Shown one piece after another: positions 1-11,476 of a stretch of DNA of 64,000 nucleotides. The DNA comes from Gemmatimonadales bacterium (GTDB lineage Bacteria; Gemmatimonadota; Gemmatimonadetes; Gemmatimonadales; GWC2-71-9): positions 7,713-71,712 of the forward strand of contig DATMDQ010000111.1 of NCBI GenBank assembly GCA_035557715.1, in the 5' to 3' direction. The notes beneath the pieces were generated by a model. The model was not told where the DNA came from. It was given only the letters and a program-made list of their open reading frames with translations, and did not search any database. How positions within the stretch are numbered: the first letter of the stretch is position 1; every line of letters begins with the position of its first letter. A program made the translations under genes and the position numbers.

Positions 1-214
1 AGCACGGCCCAGCCTGACAGCCCGGTCAGGCGTCGGATAAGAGGCCCTACTCGTCTTTGGAGCAACATCGAAGCTCCTGGTCTGGAGGAGGAAATCGCGG
101 TACTCGGTAAAGGAGATGCTGGAGGTGGCAGAGAAAAGCTAATGCCGCCAACGGGGTGGACGCCAGCCGCAGTCGGAGGAGTTTACCTGTCACCTATTCA
201 GGGTAGCTTATGGC

Positions 215-1453
215 ATGACCGTCTCATCCTCATCCCGTCCTCGCACCGCTGACGTCGCGCTCCTTCGTTCCGGATTTCCCGCGCTTGATCGGCGTCACCG
301 GGGCCATCCGGTGGCCTACTTCGATGGGCCTGGTGGCACCCAGGTGCCGAGGCCCGTCGTCGACGCCATGACGGACTATCTCTACCACCACAACGCGAAC
401 ACCCATTGGCCCTATCCGACGAGCGAGGAAACCGACGCGCTCGTTGCCGGGGCGAGATCGGCGCTGGCCGATTTCCTGGGCGCCACCCCAGGAGAGATCG
501 CCTTTGGCGCGAACATGACGACGCTGGCGTTCCATCTATCACGAGGGCTGGGACGCGGCTGGGGCCCGGGCGACCGGGTCCTCATCACCGAGCTGGATCA
601 CCACGCGAACGTCGCGCCGTGGCGCGCGCTCGAGCGAGATCGCGGAATCACCGTGCTGTCGGTGCCGTTGCTGCCGGCGACCGGCCAGCTCGACTGGGCC
701 AAACTGGAAGAGCTGCTGGCCACCAAACCGCGGCTCCTTGCCATCGGTGCCGCGTCGAATGCCCTGGGAACGATCACCGATGTCGGCCGGGCGGCCGCGA
801 TGGCGCGATCAGTGGGCGCCCTCTCCTTCGTAGACGCGGTGCACTACGCCCCACACGAGCTGGTGGACGTGGCGAGAATCGGCTGCGACTTTCTCGCCTG
901 CTCGGCGTACAAGTTCTATGGGCCGCATATCGGAATCTTGTTCGGCCGCCGCGAGGTGTTGGGCCGGGTGGAAATTCCCAAGCTCGCGCCCGCGCCGGAT
1001 ACGGCGCCCGAGAGGATGGAAACCGGCACCCAGAACCACGAGGGAATCGTCGGGGCAGCCGCGGCGGTGGACTTCCTGGCCTCCCTCGGCACCGGGGAAC
1101 ACCGCCGGACCCGGCTCGCCACCGCCTTTGCTGCCCTGCACGAGCGAGGCAGAAGTCTGCTGCTGCGGCTGTGGGATGGCCTCTCCGCCATCGACGGCGT
1201 TACGCTCTACGGCCCCACACCAGGCTTGCCCCGCACGCCCACAGTGGCGTTCACCGTGGCCGGCATGCCGGCCGACCAGGTCGCAAGACGTCTGGCCGAT
1301 CGTGGCGTGTTCGTCTCCAGCGGCGATTTCTACGCGACTACGGTGGTCGCCCGGCTGGGGCTTAACGAGGGGTTGGTGCGGGCGGGCTGTGCCTGCTACA
1401 CGACCGAGGAGGAAGTGGATCGGCTGATTGAAGGAGTTAGAGATCTGGAATAG
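215..1453 (+). CDS. Class V aminotransferase / cysteine desulfurase-like PLP enzyme
   Basis: 412-aa ORF. The PLP-lysine context SAYKFYGPHIG and the N-terminal FPAL..YFDGPGGTQVP are typical of the SufS/CsdA-like family. Substrate is not resolvable. Confidence 0.85.
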   Translation: MTVSSSSRPRTADVALLRSGFPALDRRHRGHPVAYFDGPGGTQVPRPVVDAMTDYLYHHNANTHWPYPTSEETDALVAGARSALADFLGATPGEIAFGANMTTLAFHLSRGLGRGWGPGDRVLITELDHHANVAPWRALERDRGITVLSVPLLPATGQLDWAKLEELLATKPRLLAIGAASNALGTITDVGRAAAMARSVGALSFVDAVHYAPHELVDVARIGCDFLACSAYKFYGPHIGILFGRREVLGRVEIPKLAPAPDTAPERMETGTQNHEGIVGAAAAVDFLASLGTGEHRRTRLATAFAALHERGRSLLLRLWDGLSAIDGVTLYGPTPGLPRTPTVAFTVAGMPADQVARRLADRGVFVSSGDFYATTVVARLGLNEGLVRAGCACYTTEEEVDRLIEGVRDLE

Positions 1454-1458
1454 CCTGC

Positions 1459-1525
1459 CATCCTGAGTGCAGCGAAGGACCTCTCCTCTGGGAGGCCGAA
1501 GAGATCCTTCACTTCGTTCAGGATG
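1459..1525. repeat. REP-like imperfect palindromic hairpin between convergent genes; likely a bidirectional terminator
   Basis: The left arm catcctgagtgcagcgaaggacctct (1459-1484) pairs with the right arm agagatccttcacttcgttcaggatg (1500-1525): 21 of 26 positions are complementary or G-U. The apex forms CCTC-tgg-GAGG. It shares the core CCTGAGCGnAGCGAAGGA and the terminal GGATGACAT with the element at 34663-34729. Confidence 0.6.
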
Positions 1526-1531
1526 ACATGT

Positions 1532-2113
1532 CTACTTGCCGGCGACAACTGGAATTCTCACCCGAGTCTTCTCCCAGTCGAGCAGCAACGCTGCCTTGTC
1601 ACCCGCCGGCTCGGCCTTGATGGTAAAAGTCTCTACCGGGGCCTTGAGCGCTTCGCTCTTCACCTTGGCCCGGCCGAGCTCCTGCGCCTTGACCTCATCG
1701 GTGTACTGGCCCTCGTGGCCCCACTGTGACGTGGCCCGGTTCACGATGATCTCCCACTCCTTCGCGCCCGGCACCGTATATAGCGAATAGACGCCTGGGG
1801 GCACGCTCAGCCCCGCGACCCGCAGCGGAACCGGCGCGTAGAAGATGGTCGGCTCGTTGGCCCCCGTTCGCCACAGCTTGCCGAAGGGAATGCTGCCCCC
1901 GAGCATAGTCCGGCCTCGTGCGGAGGGGCGGCCGTAGCAGACCTTCACCGGTTTGGCGGCGATGGTGAAGGTGACCGAATCGAGGGGGCTCTTCCGGCCT
2001 TCGAGAGGCACGTTCCTGGACGGACACACCGTGTCCGGGTTGGCGACCAAGTCTCCGTGGGCTGGCCCGCTGCTGCTGAGGGCGGCTATGGCAACGAGGG
2101 TGGCGATATACAT
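1532..2113 (-). CDS. DUF2911-like secreted protein
   Basis: 193-aa ORF with a short hydrophobic N-terminus. The segment VCYGRPSARGR..FGKLWRTGANEPT..PGVYSLYT matches my recollection of DUF2911 family proteins. Confidence 0.75.
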   Translation of the reverse strand: MYIATLVAIAALSSSGPAHGDLVANPDTVCPSRNVPLEGRKSPLDSVTFTIAAKPVKVCYGRPSARGRTMLGGSIPFGKLWRTGANEPTIFYAPVPLRVAGLSVPPGVYSLYTVPGAKEWEIIVNRATSQWGHEGQYTDEVKAQELGRAKVKSEALKAPVETFTIKAEPAGDKAALLLDWEKTRVRIPVVAGK

Positions 2114-2131
2114 GTCAGTCTCTCCTAGGTG

Positions 2132-3265
2132 TCAGCGCGGACGCTGGAGCGCGTCCCTGGTTTCAAGGGCTATCGTGAGTGCCGTGTCCGGATCGGCGGC
2201 AAGGCAGTTCAGGTGGCCCATCTTCCGGCCTGGCCGTGCCTCGCTCTTGCCATAAAGATGGAGCCGGACACCCGGTCGTTTCAACGCCTCATCCCAGCGT
2301 GGCTCCCCACCCGACCAGAGGTCGCCGAGCAGGTTGACCATTGCAACCGGCGACAACAGCCAGGGCCGGGCCAATGGGAGTCCGCACAGTGTTCGAAGCT
2401 GCTGCTCGAACTGATCGGCAGAGCAGGCGTCCATGGTGTAGTGTCCGCTGTTGTGCGGCCTCGGCGCCATCTCGTTTACCATCAGTTGCCCCCCGTTCAC
2501 CACGAACAGCTCCACTCCGAGCACTCCAACGTAGGACATCGCCTGGGCCACTCGGGTGGCCAGCCCTCGGGCCTGCTCCGCCAGGGCGTCAGAGATTCGA
2601 GCCGGCACCACTGAGGTTTCGAGGATCCCGTTCCGATGCCGGTTCTCCGCCACCGGGAAGCTGGCGACGTCGCCATCGGCGCCTCGGGCCACGATCACCG
2701 AGAGCTCGCACTCCAGGTCGAGGCGAGCCTCAAGAACGCAGGGAACGCCGCGGAAGCGCTCGAACGCGCGCACCGCGTCCTCCTCGGTTTCGACTGTAGC
2801 CTGGCCCTTTCCGTCGTATCCCAGCCGGTTCGTCTTGAGGAGAGCGGGGCGGGGGATAGCGCCCAGCGCGGCAAGGAGCTCGACCTTGTTCCGCACCACG
2901 CGAAATGGAGCGGTGGCGAAGCCGTGGCTCTGCAGGAAGCCCTTCTCCGCGCCGCGGTCCTGGGTGATGGCAACCGCTTCGACGGGCGGGCGAACCAGGG
3001 ATGATTGGGCGAGCCGCTCGAGCGTAGCAGCGGGGACGTTCTCGAACTCCGTGGTGACCGCGGCGCAGCGGGCCGAGAGCTCGGCCAGGGCCGGCTCGGC
3101 GTCATAGGCAGCGCGGATATGATAGTCGGCTACGGCGCCGGCGGGGCTCAGCGGGTCCGGATCGAGCACCACGACCTGGTATCCCATGGTCCGGGCCTGC
3201 AAGGTGAACATCCTGCCCAGCTGTCCGCCTCCGACGACGCCGACCGTGGCGCCGGGAAGGATCAC
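2132..3265 (-). CDS. purK: N5-carboxyaminoimidazole ribonucleotide synthase
   Basis: 377 aa with an ATP-grasp fold. N-terminal [12 protein letters not shown]. The start overlaps the purE stop by 4 nt. Confidence 0.92.
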   Translation of the reverse strand: MILPGATVGVVGGGQLGRMFTLQARTMGYQVVVLDPDPLSPAGAVADYHIRAAYDAEPALAELSARCAAVTTEFENVPAATLERLAQSSLVRPPVEAVAITQDRGAEKGFLQSHGFATAPFRVVRNKVELLAALGAIPRPALLKTNRLGYDGKGQATVETEEDAVRAFERFRGVPCVLEARLDLECELSVIVARGADGDVASFPVAENRHRNGILETSVVPARISDALAEQARGLATRVAQAMSYVGVLGVELFVVNGGQLMVNEMAPRPHNSGHYTMDACSADQFEQQLRTLCGLPLARPWLLSPVAMVNLLGDLWSGGEPRWDEALKRPGVRLHLYGKSEARPGRKMGHLNCLAADPDTALTIALETRDALQRPR

Positions 3266-3756
3266 GAGGGCTCCGGTAGCTTCAGGTCCAGCACTCGTCG
3301 TTCCTGGGTCCGGCGAAACTCATCCAGCCGGTCGCTCAGTTCGGCATCGCTCAGGGCCAGGATGGCCACCGCATAGAGTCCGGCGTTCCCGGCACCGGCG
3401 GTGCCGATGGCGAAGGTGGCCACGGGTACTCCGGCCGGCATCTGGACGATCGAGAGCAGTGAGTCGAGTCCCTGGAGATGCTTGGTGGGGATGGGAACGC
3501 CGAGCACGGGCAGCGTGGTCTTGGCGGCGAGCATGCCGGGAAGATGGGCCGCGCCCCCTGCTCCCGCGATGATGCAACGCAGGCCTCGCCCCGCTGCATC
3601 CTCTGCGTACCGGTAGAGCTGGTCGGGCGTGCGGTGGGCCGACACGACCCGGGCCTCATGGGCCACGCCGAACTCCGTCAGCCGGCGGGCGGCATGCTGC
3701 ATGATCTCCCAATCGGAGTCGCTGCCCATCACGATGCCTACCAGCGGCTCTGTCAT
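3262..3756 (-). CDS. purE: N5-CAIR mutase
   Basis: 164 aa with [26 protein letters not shown] motifs. Confidence 0.93.
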   Translation of the reverse strand: MTEPLVGIVMGSDSDWEIMQHAARRLTEFGVAHEARVVSAHRTPDQLYRYAEDAAGRGLRCIIAGAGGAAHLPGMLAAKTTLPVLGVPIPTKHLQGLDSLLSIVQMPAGVPVATFAIGTAGAGNAGLYAVAILALSDAELSDRLDEFRRTQERRVLDLKLPEPS

Positions 3757-3774
3757 CAGTATCCTCGGACGGGT

Positions 3775-6441
3775 CTAGACGGTTGCGCGAGTGCGGTCCA
3801 TGGTGCCCCGGGCAGCCAGTGCGGCCTGTGCCGCCGCCAGCCGGGCGATAGGCACACGGAAGGGAGAGCAGGAGACGTAGTTCATGCCCAGCCGGTCGCA
3901 GAAGGCCACCGCCGCCGGTTCCCCGCCATGCTCGCCGCAGATGCCGAGCTTGAGGTCGGGACGGGTACGCCGGCCGAGGTCGCACGCCATTGAGATGAGC
4001 TTGCCGACGCCCGCCTGATCGAGAACCTGGAAGGGATCGTCCTCGATCACTCCGTGCTCCAGATAGTAGGGGAGGAACTTGCCGGCGTCGTCGCGGGAAA
4101 GTCCCCACGTGGTCTGGGTGAGGTCGTTGGTGCCGAAGGAGAAGAACTGCGCCTCCCGGGCGATCTCGTCGGCCGTCAGCGCCGCCCTGGGCAGCTCGAT
4201 CATCGTGCCCAGGAGGTAGGGGACGGTGATCTGCCGCTCCTGAAAGACCTCTTCCGCCACCTGCCGCACGATGAGTGCCTGCTTCCGGAATTCGACCACG
4301 CTGGCGGTCAGGGGGATCATCACCTCAGGCATCACCCGCCCCTTCCTGGCGGCGACGGTGCAGGCGGCCTCGAAGATGGCTCGCACCTGCATCTCTGTGA
4401 TCTCGGGATAAATGATGCCGAGCCGGCAGCCCCTGAGACCGAGCATCGGGTTCACCTCGTGCAGCCGCTCCACGATGACCCGGAGCGCGGCCGGATCCAT
4501 CTTGAGCTCCTTGGCCAGCGCCTCGATCTCGGCCGGCTCCTGGGGCAGGAACTCATGCAGCGGCGGATCCAGGAGGCGAATGGTGACCGGGTAACCCTCC
4601 ATGGCGCGGAAGATGGCCTCGAAGTCGCCGCGCTGCATGGGAAGCAGCTTGGCCAGCGCACGCCTTCGTCCGGCGATGTCCTGGGCGACGATCATCTCCC
4701 GCATGGCGAGAAGCCTGTCGCCGGTGAAAAACATATGCTCGGTGCGGCAAAGGCCGATGCCTTCGGCGCCAAAATCACGGCCGCGATGAGCATCAGCCGG
4801 GGTGTCGGCGTTTACCCGCACGCGAAGCTGCATGATCCGGTCGGCCCACTTCATCACCCGATTGAAGTTCCCGCTCAGCTCAGGAGCAATCAGCGCCGCC
4901 TGTCCGGCGAAGACCTTTCCGCTGCTTCCATCCACCGTGATCCAGTCGCCCTCGCCCACGCTGCGCCCATTGGCCGAGAAGCGGTTGGTCTTCTCGTCCA
5001 CCGTCAATCCCTGAGCCCCCGCCACGCAGGGCTTGCCCATCCCGCGAGCCACCACTGCCGCGTGGGAGGTCATGCCGCCGCGCGCAGTGAGGATGGCCTT
5101 GGCCGTCACCATCCCGTGAAAGTCATCGGGTGAGGTCTCCCGGCGCACCAGGATCACCGCCTGCCCGGCCCGCCCCAGCCGCTCGGCCTGGTCGGCGTCG
5201 AAGACCACCGTACCACAGGCGGCGCCGGGGGAAGCCGGAAGGCCGGTGGTCAGCAGATCGAGCTTGCTGTGGGGATCGATGGTGGGATGAAGCAGCTGGT
5301 TCAGGTCGTTGGGCGGGATTCGGGCGACGGCCTCCTGCTCCGAGATGAGCCCCTCGTCCACCATGTCGCAGGCGATGCGCACCGCGGCATGCCCGGAGCG
5401 CTGGCCCCGTCGAGTCTGCAGCATGTAGAGATTGCCGCGCTCGATGGTGAACTCCATGTCCTGCACGTCGCGGAAATGGCGCTCCAGGGTGCGAGCCAGC
5501 CGCTCCAGCTCCTGGTAGGCATGCGGAAGTCGCTCCTTCAGCTGATCGATTGGCAGCGGCGTACGGCTGCCGGATACCACGTCCTCCCCCTGGGCGTTGA
5601 GCAGGAACTCGCCGTAAAGCCGCTGCTCGCCGGTCGAGGGGTCGCGGCTGAAGGTGACCCCGGTGCCGGAGTCCTCGCCCAGGTTGCCGAAGACCATGGC
5701 CACGATGTTGACCGCGGTGCCCATCGAATCCGGGATGTCATGCAGCTTACGGTAGTCGATGGCGCGGCGGGTATTCCAGCTCTCGAACACCGCGGCGATG
5801 GCGCCCCAGAGCTGGTCGAGCGGCTCCTGGGGAAACTCCTTCCCCGATTCCTCCCGCACGTGCTGCTTGAAGCGCCGCACGATGGCCTGCATCTCCTCGA
5901 CCGGCAAGTCTATATCGCGCTCGATGCGGCAGCGGTGTTTGTGATCTTCCAGGATCTGCTCGAACTGCTTCTTCGAGAGACCGAACACCACGCTGCCGTA
6001 CATCTGGACGAAGCGGCGGTAGGAGTCCCACGCAAAGCGCGGGTTGCCGCTCAGGCGGGTGAGCCCCTCCACGGTCACATCGTTCAGGCCCAGGTTCAGG
6101 ATGGTCTCCATCATCCCCGGCATCGACACCGCGGCGCCCGAACGGACCGACACGAGCAGGGGGTTGTCTCCGTCGCCCAGGTATTTACCGGTGGCGCTCT
6201 CCAGCCGCTGGAGGGCGTCTTCCACCTGGGCTCGCACCCGCTTCGTGAACTGGCGGCTCTCGAGATAGTGCAGGCAGAGATTGCTGGCGATGGTAAAGCC
6301 GGGAGGGACCGGAATGCCGATGGTGGTCATCTCGGCCAGCCCGGCTCCCTTGCCGCCAAGCACGTCCTTCATGGCCGCGGTGCCGTCGGCCCGGCCCTGC
6401 CCGAAGAAATAGACCAGCGGCTGAGTATAGGACCCGCTCAT
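3775..6441 (-). CDS. ppdK: Pyruvate, phosphate dikinase
   Basis: 888 aa with the full-length PPDK architecture: an ATP-grasp N-terminus, the phosphohistidine motif GGMTSHAAVVARG, and a PEP-utilising C-terminus with NDLTQ. The ATG overlaps the purF stop (ATGA at 6438-6441). Confidence 0.95.
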   Translation of the reverse strand: MSGSYTQPLVYFFGQGRADGTAAMKDVLGGKGAGLAEMTTIGIPVPPGFTIASNLCLHYLESRQFTKRVRAQVEDALQRLESATGKYLGDGDNPLLVSVRSGAAVSMPGMMETILNLGLNDVTVEGLTRLSGNPRFAWDSYRRFVQMYGSVVFGLSKKQFEQILEDHKHRCRIERDIDLPVEEMQAIVRRFKQHVREESGKEFPQEPLDQLWGAIAAVFESWNTRRAIDYRKLHDIPDSMGTAVNIVAMVFGNLGEDSGTGVTFSRDPSTGEQRLYGEFLLNAQGEDVVSGSRTPLPIDQLKERLPHAYQELERLARTLERHFRDVQDMEFTIERGNLYMLQTRRGQRSGHAAVRIACDMVDEGLISEQEAVARIPPNDLNQLLHPTIDPHSKLDLLTTGLPASPGAACGTVVFDADQAERLGRAGQAVILVRRETSPDDFHGMVTAKAILTARGGMTSHAAVVARGMGKPCVAGAQGLTVDEKTNRFSANGRSVGEGDWITVDGSSGKVFAGQAALIAPELSGNFNRVMKWADRIMQLRVRVNADTPADAHRGRDFGAEGIGLCRTEHMFFTGDRLLAMREMIVAQDIAGRRRALAKLLPMQRGDFEAIFRAMEGYPVTIRLLDPPLHEFLPQEPAEIEALAKELKMDPAALRVIVERLHEVNPMLGLRGCRLGIIYPEITEMQVRAIFEAACTVAARKGRVMPEVMIPLTASVVEFRKQALIVRQVAEEVFQERQITVPYLLGTMIELPRAALTADEIAREAQFFSFGTNDLTQTTWGLSRDDAGKFLPYYLEHGVIEDDPFQVLDQAGVGKLISMACDLGRRTRPDLKLGICGEHGGEPAAVAFCDRLGMNYVSCSPFRVPIARLAAAQAALAARGTMDRTRATV

Positions 6442-7832
6442 GCGCGGGTAGAGATGAGCGGGCTGTCGCGCCGCAGGTGAACCAGCTGTTCCGGTGTCGT
6501 GGTCGGGTACTTGCCTGAGAAGCAGGCGTGGCAGTACGCGGTGTCGTTGCCCGCCGCCGCCAGCATGCCGTCCAGCGAGAGATACCCGAGCGAATCCACT
6601 CCCAGGAACTGGCGAATCTCCTCGACCGAGTGAGTCGCGCCGATCAATTCCGCCCTGGTCGGTGTGTCGATGCCGTAGTGACAGGGGCCGGTGATCGGTG
6701 GCGAGCCGAGCCGCAGGTGGACCTCGCGGGCACCGGCGCTCCGGATCATCTGTACCAGCTCCTTGCTGGTGTTGCCCCGGACCAGGCTGTCGTCCACCAC
6801 CACGACCGACTTGCCCTCTATGACCTCGCGCACTGGGTTGAACTTGATCTTTACCTTGGCCACGCGGAGTGCCTGGGTCGGATTGATGAACGTGCGGCCG
6901 ACGTAGTGGTTTCGGATCAGGCCGTACTCCAGCTTAATGCCGGACGCTTCCGCAAACCCGAGCGCCATGGCATTCGAGCTGTCGGGTACGGCAAACACCA
7001 CCTCCCCCCCGGGGGCCGGCTGCTCCCTTCCGAGCTGCCGTCCGAGCTCGCGGCGTACCCTGTCGACCGACTTGCCGAACACGATGCTGTCCGGGCGGGC
7101 GAAGTACACCAGCTCGAAGACACAGCGGCTCATCGGACGGGGAGCGAGCCGAGGCAGGTGAGTGACCTCACCATCGTCGATCCTGATAAAGTCCCCCGGC
7201 CGGAGCTCACAGTGAAACGAGGCCCCAATCAGGTCCAGCGCGCAGGTCTCCGAGGCCACCACAATTCCGTTGCCGAGGCGTCCGATGACCAGTGGCCGGA
7301 AGCCACGGCTGTCGACCACGGCATACATCGTCCGGCCGACCGTAATCACCAGGCTGTAGGCACCGTCCACCTGCTCCAGCGCCTCGCGGATCTGGTCCTC
7401 GACGGTTGCGGCCTCGGAGCGTGCGATCAGGTGGACCAGCACCTCGGTGTCGCTGGAGCCGGTGAAGATCGCCCCCCGCGATACCAGCTCATGCTTGATG
7501 ACGCCCGCGTTGATCAGGTTGCCGTTATGGGCGATGGCGAGCGGGCCGCACCGGGTGTTGACGTTGCAGGGCTGGGCGTTGGCCAGCACCGTGCTGCCGG
7601 TGGTCGAATAGCGGGTATGGCCCACCGCGACGTCGCCCGGCAGGGAGGCCAGCGTCTCGTCGTCGAAGTTCTCCGACACCAGGCCCATGCCACGGTGCGA
7701 CCGGGCGGTGCCGTCCTGGTCCACGGCCACGATCCCGGCGCTCTCCTGCCCCCGGTGCTGCAAGGCATAGAGACCGAGATAGGTGAGCCGGGCCGCGTCG
7801 GAGATCCCGGAAACGCCGATGATGCCACACAT
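6438..7832 (-). CDS. purF: Amidophosphoribosyltransferase
   Basis: 464 aa. N-terminal MCGIIGV is the Ntn glutaminase cysteine. The PRTase motif VVVVDDSLVRGNT is present. Confidence 0.95.
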   Translation of the reverse strand: MCGIIGVSGISDAARLTYLGLYALQHRGQESAGIVAVDQDGTARSHRGMGLVSENFDDETLASLPGDVAVGHTRYSTTGSTVLANAQPCNVNTRCGPLAIAHNGNLINAGVIKHELVSRGAIFTGSSDTEVLVHLIARSEAATVEDQIREALEQVDGAYSLVITVGRTMYAVVDSRGFRPLVIGRLGNGIVVASETCALDLIGASFHCELRPGDFIRIDDGEVTHLPRLAPRPMSRCVFELVYFARPDSIVFGKSVDRVRRELGRQLGREQPAPGGEVVFAVPDSSNAMALGFAEASGIKLEYGLIRNHYVGRTFINPTQALRVAKVKIKFNPVREVIEGKSVVVVDDSLVRGNTSKELVQMIRSAGAREVHLRLGSPPITGPCHYGIDTPTRAELIGATHSVEEIRQFLGVDSLGYLSLDGMLAAAGNDTAYCHACFSGKYPTTTPEQLVHLRRDSPLISTRA

Positions 7833-7834
7833 GC

Positions 7835-10147
7835 TTACTCTCCTACCACACGATCCACGTCGGGATGCTGCATCCGGCGGGGAATGGCTTCTGAATAAAT
7901 CCTGCGAAGGGCTTCGGTGCTCCAGGAGAACGACTGAGACCCCACCTGGAGTTCCAGAGCTCCGGCTCTTTCCACCCGGCCGGCATGAAACACCGGCACC
8001 CGGTGCTCGTTGGCCAGCCCGATGAGACGGCGAGCCTGGGGCGGGGCACAGGTGACGACCGCGCGGGCCCCGTCCTCGCCATAGAGCAGGCCTTCGATCG
8101 GAACGTCCGGGGCGTAGCCGGTGAGATCGAGGCTGGCGCCCAGACTGCCCGGCACGTACGGACCACCCATCGCGGCCTCGGCCAGGGTCACCGCCAAGCC
8201 CCCCTCCGAGCAGTCGTGGGCCGATCGGAGCAGGTGCTGCTCGGCCGCCTTCACCAGGAACCGCTGGACCTGTACCTCAGCCTCGAGATCAACCGCCGGG
8301 GGATCGCCTCCGACAAAATCGCACACTTCGGCCCAGTAGGCTGAGCCGCCCAGGATGCCGCTGGTCTCTCCGATGATGAACACTTCATCCTGAGGCGAGT
8401 CGAAAAAGCTTCCCACCCGATTTTCCACCCGGGACAGCAGTCCCACCATGCCTATCGTGGGGGTGGGATCGATGGCGCCAGTGGGGCTCTCATTGTAGAA
8501 CGACACGTTCCCGCCGGTCACCGGTGTGTCGAAGGCGCGGCACGCATCGGCAATGCCCCGCGCAGCCTCCCGGAACTGAAAAAAAACCTCCGGCTTTTCC
8601 GGGTTGCCGAAGTTCAAACAATCCGTGATGCCCAGTGGCCGGGCGCCGGTGCAGGCCAGGTTGCGGGCCGCCTCTGCCACGGCGGCCTTTCCCCCCTCGT
8701 AGGGATCGAGCGCGACCAGGCGGCTGTTGCAGTCCACCGTCATCGCCAGACCGAACCGGGCACCGGGCACTCGGATGACGCCTGCATCGGAGCCCGGCGG
8801 TAGGACGGTGGAGGCCTGCACGGTGGAGTCGTACTGCTCGTACACCCAGCGCTTGCTCGCGATGTTTGGATGGTCGAGCAGCAGCTCTAGGGCTCCCTCG
8901 ATGTCCACGACGGGAGGGCCGGCATCCACCGAAGCCCGGCGGGCCCTGGCTTCCTCACTCTCCTCCGCCTCCGGAGAATAGATCGGGCAGTCCTCGACCA
9001 GGCGCTGGCCCGGAATGGCCGCCACCGTTTGACCGTGGTGGCGCACCCGATAGATCCCATCGTCGGTGACCTGACCGATCGGCGTGGCGCTGAGTTCCCA
9101 CTTGGCGCAGACCGCCTGGATCTCCGCCACCCGGCCGGGCTCGGCCACGATGAGCATCCGTTCCTGTGACTCGGACAGCAGGATCTCGTACGGAGTCATC
9201 CCCGGCTCGCGGGTGGGTACCAGCCCGGTATCGATCTCGACCCCGACTCCGCCGCGAGCCGCCATCTCGGCCGACGAGCTCGTGAGTCCGGCGGCACCCA
9301 TGTCCTGAATGGCGACGATAAGGCCTGAAGTGATCAGCTCCAGGCTCGCCTCCAGCAGGAGCTTCTCGGTGAAGGGATCTCCCACCTGAACCTGGGGCCG
9401 GCGAGCCTCGCTCTTCTCCGATAGTTCCTCCGAAGCGAAGCTGGCGCCGTGGATCCCGTCGCGGCCGGTCCGCGCTCCCACCGCGAGGAGCACGTTGCCC
9501 ACACCGTGCGCGGCGGCCCGGATGAGGTCGCTTTCCCTGAGGAGGCCAACGCACATGGCGTTGACCAGGGGATTGCCGCTGTATCCCGGCGCGAAGCTGA
9601 CCTCGCCGCCCAGGGTCGGGACGCCGACGCAGTTGCCGTAGTCGCCCACCCCGCGCACCACGCCGGCAAATAGATACCGGCTGCGAGGCTCCTCCAGCGG
9701 TCCGAATCGCAGACTGTTGAGCACCGCCACGGGACGAGCGCCCATGGTGAATACATCACGCAGGATGCCGCCTACGCCGGTGGCGGCGCCCTGGTAGGGC
9801 TCGACGGCGGAGGGGTGATTATGGGATTCAATCTTGAAGGCGACCGCCCAGCCTTCAGGGAGCCGGAGCACGCCCGCGTTCTCGCCCGGACCCTGAACCA
9901 CTTGGGGGCCGGTGGTGGGGAACGTCTTCAGGACCGGCTTCGAATGCTTGTATGAGCAGTGCTCCGACCATAGGGCCGAAAACACTCCCAGCTCGGTGAA
10001 GGTGGGAGTCCGGCCGAGCAGCTCCACGATACGCCCGTACTCAACCTGGTTCAGGTTGTGCTCCCGGACCAGCTCCGGCGTCACCGGAGGCTCGCCTGGA
10101 AGCGAGACCGCCTCGAGGCCCGCGCTGGCCACGCTCGAACCGGTCAC
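7835..10147 (-). CDS. purL: Phosphoribosylformylglycinamide synthase subunit II
   Basis: Contains PurL motifs ([18 protein letters not shown]). The ORF-track start at 10225 overlaps the upstream gene. A GTG at 10147 is preceded by GAGGAG at 6-nt spacing, so I trimmed the start to it. Confidence 0.92.
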   Translation of the reverse strand: MTGSSVASAGLEAVSLPGEPPVTPELVREHNLNQVEYGRIVELLGRTPTFTELGVFSALWSEHCSYKHSKPVLKTFPTTGPQVVQGPGENAGVLRLPEGWAVAFKIESHNHPSAVEPYQGAATGVGGILRDVFTMGARPVAVLNSLRFGPLEEPRSRYLFAGVVRGVGDYGNCVGVPTLGGEVSFAPGYSGNPLVNAMCVGLLRESDLIRAAAHGVGNVLLAVGARTGRDGIHGASFASEELSEKSEARRPQVQVGDPFTEKLLLEASLELITSGLIVAIQDMGAAGLTSSSAEMAARGGVGVEIDTGLVPTREPGMTPYEILLSESQERMLIVAEPGRVAEIQAVCAKWELSATPIGQVTDDGIYRVRHHGQTVAAIPGQRLVEDCPIYSPEAEESEEARARRASVDAGPPVVDIEGALELLLDHPNIASKRWVYEQYDSTVQASTVLPPGSDAGVIRVPGARFGLAMTVDCNSRLVALDPYEGGKAAVAEAARNLACTGARPLGITDCLNFGNPEKPEVFFQFREAARGIADACRAFDTPVTGGNVSFYNESPTGAIDPTPTIGMVGLLSRVENRVGSFFDSPQDEVFIIGETSGILGGSAYWAEVCDFVGGDPPAVDLEAEVQVQRFLVKAAEQHLLRSAHDCSEGGLAVTLAEAAMGGPYVPGSLGASLDLTGYAPDVPIEGLLYGEDGARAVVTCAPPQARRLIGLANEHRVPVFHAGRVERAGALELQVGSQSFSWSTEALRRIYSEAIPRRMQHPDVDRVVGE

Positions 10148-10157
10148 TGGCGACTCC

Positions 10158-10511
10158 TCAGCGGGGACCTCCCGGTCCGCGCGCTGTCTTGCCGCGGGGG
10201 GAGCCCCGGAAAGTAGACAGCGCATCGGCGAGCACCCGCGTGATCACGTTGGGATGATCGTCCTTGGCTACCGCCTCGAGCTCGCCGGCATCGAGCCACA
10301 TGCCGCCGCAGTGGGGGCAGGTCTCGATGGTGACCCCGTGATACTCGCTGCTGGCAAGGTCGTACCCGTCCTTCGGGCACTTCATGAAATGCGACTTCCT
10401 CTCTGCTTCCAGGCTGGCCGCCGTTGCCCGCTCTCGGTGCTTACGCAGCAGCTCGGCGTCCTCCTTCGCGAAGTATTCGTCCTCGTTTCGGCTTGGCTTT
10501 TCCGGCTTCAT
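10158..10511 (-). CDS. TFIIB-type zinc-ribbon domain protein
   Basis: 117 aa. The pattern CPKDG..14 aa..[10 protein letters not shown] gives a four-Cys zinc ribbon after a charged helical N-terminus. Function is unknown. Confidence 0.7.
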   Translation of the reverse strand: MKPEKPSRNEDEYFAKEDAELLRKHRERATAASLEAERKSHFMKCPKDGYDLASSEYHGVTIETCPHCGGMWLDAGELEAVAKDDHPNVITRVLADALSTFRGSPRGKTARGPGGPR

Positions 10512-10523
10512 AGCTCTACGCCC

Positions 10524-11224
<701 letters not shown>

Positions 11225-11225
<1 letters not shown>

Positions 11226-11476
11226 CAGTCGGTCTCCACGTCCAAGAGGTAGTCCTCGGTCACGGGGTTGGCCAGGAGCTTGTCGCACATCAGCCGGGCC
11301 CGCGCTTCCGCCTCGTCAGAGGAGGCCGCGCTGATGTCGAGCTCGATGGCCCGGCCGATCCGGACTTCTCCCGCTTCCTCGAAGCCGAGCGCGGCCAGGG
11401 CGTGCTCGACCGCCTGTCCCTGAGGGTCGAGGAGGCCCGCCCGGGGCATCACTCGCACATGTACTCGGAACGTCAT
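11225..11476 (-). CDS. purS: Phosphoribosylformylglycinamidine synthase subunit PurS
   Basis: 83 aa. PurS-like in size and sequence (VMPRAGLLDPQG), and sits directly upstream of purQ. Confidence 0.88.

Noticed and set aside
112-140. A mini-ORF, ATG CTG GAG GTG GCA GAG AAA AGC TAA, lies directly after AAGGAG.
   Set aside because: The Shine-Dalgarno-like motif abuts the ATG with zero spacing. The ORF is 8 codons with no supporting feature, so it is most likely chance.
1-214. This is a possible riboswitch or small RNA in the 214-nt region upstream of the cysteine desulfurase-like gene. It has slightly lower GC, several small hairpins (CCTGAC-agcccg-GTCAGG at 13-30, GGAGC-N9-GCTCC at 59-77, GGTGGC-N14-GCCGCC at 124-149) and a GGAGGAG at 175-181 that is too far from the ATG at 215.
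   Set aside because: I compared it from memory with SAM, cobalamin, Moco, glycine, SRP, tmRNA, 6S and RNase P features and found no convincing match. Frame 1 is open across the window edge, so it could also be the tail of an upstream gene. There is not enough evidence to call anything. A covariance-model scan (Rfam) would settle it.
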